NCBI GenBank assembly: GCA_000165425.1
Contig: CT868507.1
Span: 372,001 to 436,000, forward strand
Source of the DNA: Paramecium tetraurelia
Taxonomy: Eukaryota
Reading direction: 5' to 3'
DNA length: 64,000 nucleotides
In this document: positions 43,897 to 55,600 of the stretch, piece by piece
Layout of the letters: each line of letters begins with the position of its first letter
Numbering within the stretch: position 1 is the first letter of the stretch
Notes under the pieces: generated by a model
What the model was told of the DNA's origin: nothing
What the model saw: only the letters and a program-made list of their open reading frames with translations
The model's database searches: none
Translations under genes and position numbers: made by a program

Positions 43897-45179
43897 CCAA
43901 AATAAATTAATTAATACAATATCAATATTTAATATTTATTACACTATTCACTATGCTATAACAATAATATTATTATAAACGAAGTATATTTTACAAGATG
44001 CTTTCTTCATTAAAAGCACTAATCAATTCTACCTAATAATCAAAAATAAGTGTGTAATTCAAACCCATAAATTGTTTATTGTGTAAAAGAATTTATCCTT
44101 GAATATAAATTCACATAATCTAAACATAGTAACTATCCCTATTGCCTATCCCAAGCAGCTCTGACAAATTTCTAATTTTCATTTATATTAAATTTTTTAT
44201 AAAATTAATGAACTCATAGTAGTGTCAAATACTTGAAGGTTCCAACAATAATAATCAGGATTTTGTTAGTTCAATTATTTGCTATTACTATAAAGCAATC
44301 TAAAATAAATAGAATTAGTGTTTGAATCAGTTCTCACACAAAAAATTAATGTTAGCACGACAAAAATATCATTATATTAATTAACTTTTTTAGTGATCTC
44401 CTTTTAGAATAAACAAAAATAGGAGCTCTCGAAATAAGAATCAATTTGCATTAAACGTATTCATTTAAAATTGATTATTGATATAAAGAAGAAGAATCTC
44501 TATTATTAAATTAAATATAGTAAATTAAAATCTTAAACTTCTTGAGTTTGAGATATGAAAAAAGGAATTAATATGCTTAGATTTAATCTGCTAGGAACTA
44601 TTATTCAATAGAACCATTCTTTTTGATTTCAATGAATAAACTAAAATATTATTATCACTTAAACTATTTTATTATTAACCATTTGCTGAGAATTTATTAT
44701 TAGGATTTTGTCATATTTACTAGCAGGATTGATGATATTTTATTTGCCCTTACTTTTCTATAATTAGTTAGTTAGTTATTTAATTATAAAAATTCAAAAG
44801 AAGTTTCAGAATTTGTAAATTTATTTTATATTCTTTAGAGCAACTATAAGTTCAATTATCTATAACTAACTCGTCCTAATGAGCTTATATCATTCTTCAA
44901 TGAAGATCTGAAGTTTTTAAACTCTATATAATTATTAATTCTACTTAGTTTCAATACTGGATATATCATTTCTAAAAACATGAAAAATTGAAGTATATTC
45001 AATTAAATCCATGATTGAACTATTATTGATTCTTGTTTTAACTACCCAATCAGAAAGACATAGTAAAAAATAATTGATCAAAAATATTTTTTGCAATTTA
45101 CAAAGCACATTCAAATTAATTAAATGATCTTTAATAAAAAAACATAAATAAATTATTGTTTAAATTTATTAAATATCAA

Positions 45180-45674
45180 ATGTTCATAGAATCAATTGAT
45201 CACTCTACTCCAAGAACGATTGGAGAAAATGACAGTATAAATAACTATACGATTTAGTTACAAAGCCAGAATTTGATTCAAAAATCAATTATAAACTTGA
45301 AGTTAGAAAATCACATCTTCTCAAGTAGTTCCTGAGATATTAAGTTGAAAATACACAAAAGAGTATTGTAAAACTAAAAAATAAGATTTCTGAAGATGAG
45401 GTAACAATAGAACATACATGTTAATATATTACTATTTGCTCATTATTATATTTATATATTTGTAGTAATTTAATTTTATTAGGTAATTAATAAACGAATT
45501 TCAAGAAAAAATTCAATTGCAAAACCTTTCAAATGTACTAATTGCACTCATACTTACTCCTCAAAACCAGCTCTAAAACAGCACTTAAGATTGAAGCATT
45601 TTGAAGAACACACTCCATTAACTTAACCTCTAGATTAATAAAAATTATTAGTTGTACCAATATCCTAAATATGA
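45180..45674 (+). CDS. Small C2H2 zinc-finger protein
   Basis: KPFKCTNCTHTYSSKPALKQHLRLKH. A 23-nt intron at 45235-45257 restores the frame. The second intron is oversized (45401-45482 or 45420-45465). Confidence 0.75.
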
Positions 45675-46666
45675 AATTAATTTTTGTTCATTATATTTTG
45701 TATTATAAAGACAGCCCAAGAATCAAATTATTTTTCGTGAAGAAGTATTTTTAATGAGATGATAAGGCCTGAGTAAAATTAATCAAAATTAATGAGTTGA
45801 TAATTTATAATATATTTATAAATAAATTTTGATTTAAGTTGATAATTAGTCCATAACTAACTAGAATTTAAGCGAAAATCGTTCCAATTTATAATAATTA
45901 TTGTAATACTAAAGTTCATGAGATTTAGTTCAATAGAAATAGAAATAGAAGTTTACAAATTAATAATTGATAGAAATATTCAATAGTATAAATAGAAGCT
46001 GATTTTAAAATTACTAACTCTTTAATTAAATAATCTATTGAATAATAGGTTGACAACATATTTTACTTATCAGTATAATTGTAAACTTAAATTAAAGAAT
46101 AATATCAAATATTTAAATTTTCAAATTAAAAAAGAAAATAGAAAACTAATAGAAGTAGAGATGCCTTATTTTTTAATGTAGTTTATGTTGAATACAAAAT
46201 TTAAGAAATTATTAAAAGAAAAATATAATGAAATTTTCTTTTATTTTTTTTTTTTCATTTTTCTACTTTTAAGCCTCAATTAAATTTGAAAGTCTAATAC
46301 TTTTTTAATTTCATTTTAAAGACTGTATATTTAAGTAGAAGATGTCCTAAAAATTGATAACTAACAGAATTTAATTTATTTCTGAAGATAAAGATTTAAA
46401 AAATTGATATTTTTGTGCTTGATTGTGTAGAATTATGTTTTTATGGACTCTAAAGAGTCTAAGAGAAGACCTTGGATGAATAATTCCATTTTTGAATTAA
46501 TAAATTGTTGACCTATTTTAAATTTAATCAATTTGTATTTGATAGTATTCATAAATTAAGTGAGTATGATTGGTCAAGGGGGAATAATAGAAACTATTTG
46601 TGGTTGATCATGAGATTATATTAGTATTTAGCATTTAATATATTTCATATTTTAAATTAATTCAGG

Positions 46667-49600
46667 ATGTAACCAGAGAGTGCCAAAATAAAACTAGCCA
46701 GTCGTCTCTTCGATAGAGGGAAACCACCGTAAAGTAATACGAATGAAAGACCACTTACTGCAAAGATAGCAATCAGAGCATAGATGAATATGACTATGAC
46801 AAAGATTGAGAAGGCTCCGGATAAATTGCCTTCGATTCACGAAGAACGTAGTATATCTTATCAAAAATCGGGAGGAGTAGGTCTAAATCAAACTCGAGGG
46901 AAATCATAGAACAGTAATATTGATTCGATTCAATTTAGACAATGACTCATTCCCAAAGCATAATAGAACCTTTGATTTAACAAGTGACATCTTCTAGGAT
47001 GAGAGACGGTTATTAAAGTCTCGTCAGGTTCATGAGTTGATGGATCGTATGATTGGAAGAGCAAAACCTCCAAGTCCGCCAAAGGAAGCTTAGAAGATTG
47101 TATAAGTGTTGCCAAGTAACATCTTGGATAATACTCGCATGACTATGACTAGGGATGCTAAGACAGCTCCAAGAAAGACCATTCGAACATAATAAATGAG
47201 GAAAGAGATTTTAAATAAAACCTCCATGTCTTAGGTTTCAGATAGTTCAGAAGATTCAAGTGAGGAGAATGGTAATTTCGGATTGAAAGATGTCGATGCA
47301 TTTATTCAAATGATCAAGGAACACAAATTGAGTTAGCAGGAATTCATGTATTTGATAAAAAGGAAGAAACATTCAAATGATGCTTACAATATGAGGATAG
47401 TGAATTATCCATACATTCAAAAGCATTAGCTTAATAATTTCTATACACTTTCAGCCAAGGGATTGACTAGATATGAGAATAATATTACCATTGAGTTTGT
47501 TTCATTGAATACTTGGTTAGAAGAAAAGAGATTAATTTAATGCAATTAAATCATTAAGGTTTTTTTAAGAAGTTTCGTAAATGGAAGACTTTGAAGAAAT
47601 GGCAAAAGATATTACATTAACAAAGAACTTCTATTGTTTAAGCTTAGCTTTGTGAAAAGATGCTGATTTTGAATCCAATTTATTAAAAATTAATAGTTTC
47701 ACATAGAAGTTTATGTTATGACATTGAAGCCCTTAGAATTGTCGATATAGACAAGATAGAAGAAGAATTGACTGAAAAAAAAGATTAGTATTTGAGTCTG
47801 CATGAATTTAGTGTATTACAATAAAAGTAGAGGAATAGACTAGTTGAGAAAATCTAGATTCAATCTAGGAAGATGAAAGAAAATTGTTTATCAGGACTCA
47901 AAACTGTTATTGATAAATTGAGAACACAAATTAATTAAGAGAAACAATCAGATGATGATCATGTGCCATTGAAATTAGAGAAAAATATGTCTTAATCTAA
48001 GTAAATTGATAGAAAGTAATAAATTATCGAAACTTTTGGATTTCCAGAAAGAATGGATTATGGTCACAGAGCATTAATGAGAACAGAGTTTATTAAGTTT
48101 TTAAGATTAGCTTATCTATTAGATTTCATTGCTGTTTAATCTTTGGGATAAATTTACATTAAATCAGCAACAGAATTTGTGGATAAATTGATTAGGGTAC
48201 AATAATGCAGTAAAAATAACAGAAAACTACCTAAATTGACTGAAAATGATGAGGAGAAAAAAGACCTCTAAGATTATGATCCCATCTTCACTATTGAATT
48301 AAGATTTAATCCAATAGATGGATATCTTGATATTGAAAGGTAGCAAGTGCCTTGGGATACTTTAAATGAAAATTTGTTGGATTTTGATTTGTAAGAGTGT
48401 ATTAGATTGAAGGAAGAGAAGGTACAAACCATTGAGAAGGTAGAGAGGAAACAGTAGAATAATCAAAATTCAAATTAATAGTTATCTACGGAACCATAAG
48501 AAGAGGTGATTGAAGAACCTGAGTTTGTATGTAAAAGAGAGGTACAAAATCTGTATGAAACACAATTGGAAGTACATCCATCTAAAAGGGATTTCCTTAG
48601 TCGAATTCAAGAGGCGTTCTGTGATGGATTAGATTAGATATAGGTAATTGAAAGATGGAGCAAACATCCTGATTTCTTATAATATGTTTAAGCCTTGGAA
48701 GAATGGGATGAAATTATTGGAGATAAGTGGACATAGCCTGATTCTATTAATCTGAATCCTTCATATTGGATTAAAGAACACCCTATGAACAATATATTCA
48801 TGCATGAGATTTCTTCGGAATTGGATGAAGCATTTTAAAAGTTGGAGCATTTCTAAAAGGAATTCAATGAATACCTGAATTTGATTTGGAGACAAGAGAA
48901 TAGCGAAATAAAATAATTACAAAATCCAAGGTTGATATATTAATCAAAGATATTTGCATGTACTTTAAAGAGTGCTTAATTGATTGAAAATATACTACAA
49001 TAGAAATTGATACCTCAGGTGGACATTGGGTTGTACAGAGTCAAGATTTAAAATATTTAGAAGTAATTGAGTGCTAAATAATCATAAATACTGGCATAAT
49101 TGGAAGAGCTTTACTTACAATTGTTTAGGAATAGATCTTATATATTGAAGGTGTGGTTATAATAATCAATAAAATCATTATCTGGTATGGTTATCAGAAT
49201 TGAAGAATTTATTGAATAGAAGAACTCTGTAGATCGAATAACTAAAGAATTACCTACAAAGAGGGAAGAAATTGAAACAGCTATCAGTATAATCACTTTG
49301 GCTTAAGATTGTAAACTATTTTCAATGAAGAAGGAAGACAAGGACTTAGCATAAGAATTGAATTATTTAGAGTCTTCTTTGAATGTGGCATTGTCGGAAG
49401 CAGACAATAATACAGCAAAAAATATTGAAAGATTTAAAAAAACATTGAAAGAACGTATAGACAAATTAAAGGGAGAGTGTTTGGAAGTGAGTGAGGCAAT
49501 TAATAAGGAGAAGTTTCTGACCCTAAACACAGATTTGGTGGATGCCATCAAGGAGTTAACTGAGATAGATACAAAGACAAAATAATTGGAATAGAGTGCC

Positions 49601-52600
49601 TAATTATACACTCAATATGAAGAAATCCTGTAATGTTAAGAATAAGCTCAATATGAAATACTGGAGAATACAAGAGAATAAATAAATTTGAGATTAGGAA
49701 TGTGGCAAGGGATTCAGGACTTTAGAAAATTATCATAGGAGTGGCAACAATTATAATTCACATCTATTAATGCCAAAGAAATAGCTTAGAAGACTGAAGG
49801 ATTCGTTAGGATTGTACAAAGATGCGAGAAGAATTTGTAAGAAAATAGAGTGATTGCCTATTTGAAGAAGATTGTGTGGGAATTCAAAGATACTATTCCA
49901 GTAGTGACAGCACTACGTTCTCAATATTTGTAATAAACACATTGGTAAGAAATAAAATAACTGGTCAGATAGGAATTCGATATAAATGATCAATAATTTA
50001 CACTGAACACTTTGTTGGATTTGAATGTAGCACAACATAATGAGTAGATCACTGAGATTGCTGTGAAAGCAGCTTAGGAGGACTCACTTAATACTCAATT
50101 AAAACAGTTGGAGACACAATGGAATGAAGTGGAATTGAAGTTGAAACCTTATAAGGATCAATTGGATGTTATGGTTTTGGGAGAAGTGGAAGAGTTAGTT
50201 CAATTATTTGATGAAGGTTTGGCAAATATGTCTAATATACTTGCTAGTCGTTATGTCAGACCTTTGAGACAGAGAGCTGAGAAATTCTAATCTGATTTAT
50301 TATTGTTATCAGATATTATTGAGAAGTGGGTTGAATGTTAAAAAAAGTGGATGTATTTGGAGAGTATTTTTAGTAGTTAAGATATCAAGAAATAACTATC
50401 TAATGAATCATAGTAATTTGATAGTTGTGATAGAATAATAAAAAAGTTAATCAAGCAGGTCAATCTAAGACCTTAGATTATGAGATTGTTGGCTATGTAA
50501 AATATGCTAGACAACTTAACTAAAACATTGGAGACTTTGGAATAAATAGAGAAGTCTTTGGAAGATTATCTAGAAGTAAAAAGAGGATCATTCCCAAGAT
50601 TCTACTTTTTATCTAATGATGAATTATTAGAAATACTATCTAAATAAACTGACATTAATTCAGTCCAATCTCATTTAGGATAATGCTTTGAAGCATTGGT
50701 CAAACTATATTTTGGTGATTAACCAAATGTTATTCAAGGAATTTATTCTTCAGATGGTGAGTTAGTCCAATATTATAAATCTATACCTGCTAGAGGAAAT
50801 GTTGAAACTTGGTTGCATTTGCTAGAATTGGAAATGGTTGAGTCATTACGTAAATTATGTAAGCAAGGATTACATGACTATTTGAATGGAATGCAAAAGA
50901 CAAAAACAGATTGGATACTTAATCATAAATCCTAGATTGTAGCCGTTGTTAGTTAAATACTTTGGTCAATCAACACAGAAGATGCAATCAATGAATCAAG
51001 TACCAAAGCAAATGCACTTTACGAGTGGCATGATATGATGGAAATACAATTAAAATAACTCACAGCATTAGTCAGAGGAGATTTGACAGTTGTTTAACGG
51101 AAAACTATAGTTTCATTAATTACTACAGATGTTCATAATAGAGATATAGTTATGAAGTTGGCTGATAATAGCATCGAAACAGCATCGGATTTTTAATGGT
51201 AATAATAATTAAGATATTATTGGGATGATGAATACGATGATTGCTTAGTTAAATAAGTTACTAGTGTATTTCATTATGGATACGAATATTTGGGACCAAC
51301 AAGTAGATTGGTTATCACACCACTTACGGATCGTTGTTGGATTACAATTACGTCAGCCTTAACGAATTAATTAGGTGCAGCCCCAGCAGGACCAGCAGGG
51401 ACAGGAAAAACAGAATCAACGAAAGACTTAGCCAAATGCTTGGGAAGATATTGCATAGTGTTTAATTGTTCAGATTAAATTACTGCTGCCACTATGAATA
51501 AGTTATTCAGTGGTTTAGCCTAATAAGGAGCATGGGCTTGTTTAGATGAGTTCAACAGAATTGATATAGAAGTGCTATCAGTCATAGCATAATAGTTGTT
51601 GACAATTCGTATTGCTTAATTGTAATCATTGACTGAATTCTTATTTGATGGTCGACACATCTAATTAAAGAATACTTATGGAGTATTCATCACTATGAAT
51701 CCAGGATATGCAGGAAGAACTGAATTGCCTGACAATTTGAAATCACTCTTCCGTCCTGTGGCTATGATGATTCCAGATTATAGGTTGATTGCAGAAATTA
51801 TGTTATTTGCTGAAGGATTTGAAAATGCAAATGATTTATCAAGCAAGATGGTTTAGTTATATAAATTATCATCATAATAATTGTCATAATAAGATCATTA
51901 TGACTTTGGTATGAGAGCAGTCAAATCCTTACTAGTCATGGCTGGTTCATTAAAGAGAGCAGATACAACCATCCCTGAAGATATTGTATTAATTAAGGCC
52001 ATGCGTGATGCCAACATTCCGAAGTTTTTAAAAGATGACATCCCATTATTTATGGCTCTAATTTAAGATCTATTTCCTAAAGTTGAGATAGCCAATTCAT
52101 CATTCGAGTTCCTAGAGTAGTAGTTAAATAAAAAATGCCGATAATTCAAATTGTAAATCATACCAAGTTTTATAACTAAAATGTTGCAGTTGTTTGATAC
52201 TCAAAATGTAAGATTTGGGACTATGATTGTTGGAGGTAGTGGATCTGGCAAGACTAATTGTTATCAGATTTTGGCTGAAACACTAACTGATATCAAAGTT
52301 TAGAATTTATCATAGGATCCCAGATTCTAAGAATTATAATATGTTATATTAAATCCAAAGTCAATTTCAATGGGAGAACTTTATGGCGAGGTAGATCCTT
52401 TTACAAATGAATGGCAAGATGGTTTAGCAAGTTCTATCATCAGAGAGTGTAATAACAGCAAGGAGAGACATTGGATTGTGTTTGATGGACCTGTTGATGC
52501 ATTGTGGATTGAGAATATGAATTCAGTCCTAGATGATTCAATGACTTTGTGTTTGGCCAATTCAGAAAGAATTAAGTTGAGACATGAGTTGAGAATGCTA

Positions 52601-55600
52601 TTCGAAGTCCAGGACTTGTCAGTTGCCTCTCCTGCCACTGTAAGTAGATGTGGGATGGTCTATATGACTGTTTAGGATATCAATTGGTACAATTATGTGG
52701 AGAGTTGGATTGAGGAGACTTTCTCAGATTAGGAAAAGGGTCAGATCAAATGTTGCAATCAAGTAAGGGAAAAGCCAAAGAAATTACTTCAAATAGAACC
52801 CAAACATTTGGATTTGATAAGGAATTTGTTTAAACTTTAATATAAATTTCTATAGGAGAAGCTTGGAAACCTAGATGAACCATTTGTAACAATAGAATTA
52901 TAGAGAGTGAAGAGTGTTTGCAATATATTAACTTACTTTTTGAAGTCCATTTTGGTTTAGAAATCTGCTGATATATTAAAATAAATTACAGCTGTATTCG
53001 CATACAGTTGTATTTGGGGATTGTGTGCATCATTCGAATAGAAATATTATGATAAGGTACATTATTTTATATTATTTCAACTGTCGTTATTTTGCAGTGG
53101 ATTTAGCCCCCCTTTGTTTAAGTTTATAAATAAATGGGATTAGGTACCTGCAGAAATTAACTCCTAGATGTAACTAAATGAAGTTTCACGGCATTAACTT
53201 TGTTTAGATTACTATTAGGAACACAACATTATTAACATCCATATATATATATTATTACTTCCCCTTAATTATTATTTTAGATTGCCACTTATGTCAAAGA
53301 CCAATTTCAATCGTTACTCTATCCCAAAGGTGATACCATATTTGATTTCTATGTTGATGGAAATGACTTCACAACATTATAATCATGGGAATCTCAGTTA
53401 TAAGAATTTTAATTTGTAAAGGATCAATCATTCTTCAGTATTGTTGTTTAAACAGTAGACACCTTGAAATTTCAATACATCATCCAATTATTAATTAGGG
53501 AATAAATACCTACTTTAATTACAGGATAGACTGGTGTTGGTAAGTCTATGCTAGTCTAATCATTGCTTTTCGAGATGAAGTTAAATGAGAAGGTGTAACC
53601 AGTACTTTTGAATTTCTCGGCATAGACAAAATCAAAGTAAACCTAATTGGCTATAGAATCTAAATTAATTAAAAAGGGCAAAATATTGTTTGGAGCAAGA
53701 GTAAATGAATAAATAGCTATTTTTATTGATGATATCAATATGCCAGCTTTAGAAAAGTATGGTGCTTAGCCCTGTATTGAACTTCTGAGATAGATGATAG
53801 AATTATAAGGAACTTTCGATCGTACCAAGTTATTTTGGAAACATATTGAAGATGTGACTCTATTGATTGCTGGTGGACCTCCAGGAGGTGGAAGAAATCA
53901 ATTATCATAAAGATTTGTGAGACAATTCAATGTTTTAATCATGCCAAATCAATCTGATTCGATTTTGGAGATGATTTATGGATCAATTTTTGAAAGGCTA
54001 CTTTAACAGCATTAACTTTAGTGAAAGTGTTAGGAAGACAAGTGACTAAATCACTAGAATCACAGTTGAACTATTTAGGAGAATATCTTAAGAACTATTG
54101 CCAATACCTGCAAAGTTCCATTATACCTTTAACTCGAGAGACATAAGCAAGGTCTTTTAAGGTTTATTGATGATCAGACCTATCTCATGTAATAATAGTA
54201 ATGATACCATTCCTAAATTATGGGTGCATGAATGCGCTAGAGTTTTCTGTGATCGTTTGATTAGTGTTTAAGACAAACTTTGGTTTTACAATACAGCAGT
54301 TGAATTATTAATGAGGTACTTTAGTGTTAATAAGGATGATATAACAAGCAATATATTGTTTAGTGATATTCTTAAATTGGAGGCTGCAAATGTTTTATAT
54401 GAGGAAGTTACAGAGAAGAGGAAAGTGATTGTGAAATCTTTGCAAGATAAATTAGATGATTACATGATGGCAACGAATGATAAAATGGAGTTAGTCTTTT
54501 TTGACGATGCTCTAGAACATATCCTAAGAATATCCAGAATCTTCAGACAACCCAGAGGTAATGCAATGCTAATAGGTGTTGGTGGATCTGGAAAATAAAG
54601 TCTCACTAAGTTGGCTTCATTTCTAATGAGATCTGAGATCTTTTAGATTGAAATTGTCAAAACCTATAATGCTGACTCTTTCCGAGCTGATTTAATTAAA
54701 ATCCTGATGAAGACAGGAGGAGAAAGAATTCCATTGACATTTATATTTAATGAGGCTCAAATTGTCTAAGAGAGCTTCTTAGAAGATATTAACAACATTC
54801 TCAATACGGGGGAAGTCCCTAACTTGTTTGCTAAGAAGGAAGATTTGGAATAAGTATACAACACTGTAAGACCCTAAGCAATTAGAGCAAAGAGACTAGA
54901 TTCCCCTGAATCTCTGTGGACATTCTTCGTCGAAGGAATCAGAAATTCATTGCATATTGTATTATGCATGAGTCCTGTAGGCAATCAATTAAGAATTCGA
55001 TGCCGTAAGTTCCCATCTTTGGTAAATTGCTGTACTATAGATTGGTTCACTCAATGGCCTAAGGAAGCACTACTAGAAGTGGCCAATAAATTCTTAGACA
55101 AAATACCTAATCTGAAATAAAAGGAAGAATTGGCATAGATGTGCATGGAAGTCAATCTTTAGGTAGCAAATCTGAGTGACATATATTAGAAAGAATTGAG
55201 AAGATAAGTTTATACTACACCCAAATCATATTTGGATTAAATATAACTTTATGCTGATTTATTAATATAAAAACAATAGGAACATGGATAGGTTTAAAGA
55301 AAATTGGCTGATGGATTGGATAAATTATTTGAGGCCAATAAAACTGTGGCTATTTTGAAAATAGACATGGAAACTATATAACCTTAATTAATTGAATAGT
55401 CTGCAAAAACAGAAGAATTTTTAAAATAATTAGCAATAGATTAGAGCGAAGCCAATCTCAAAGAAAGATTAGTAAATGATGAAGTCCAAATTGTCAATCA
55501 GTAAGCATCAGAAATTAAAATAATAGCAGATGAAGCATAGACTGAATTAAATAAAGCATTGCCTGCGATGAAAGAAGCAGAAGAAGCACTAAAAAATATC

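Noticed and set aside
43950..45130. AT-rich coding-like region
   Set aside because: Interrupted in all frames tried. Cannot support a gene or a named pseudogene.
45680..46660. About 1 kb very AT-rich intergenic stretch with short GAAATA repeats
   Set aside because: No terminal repeats, telomeric repeats, ORF or ncRNA boxes that I can support.
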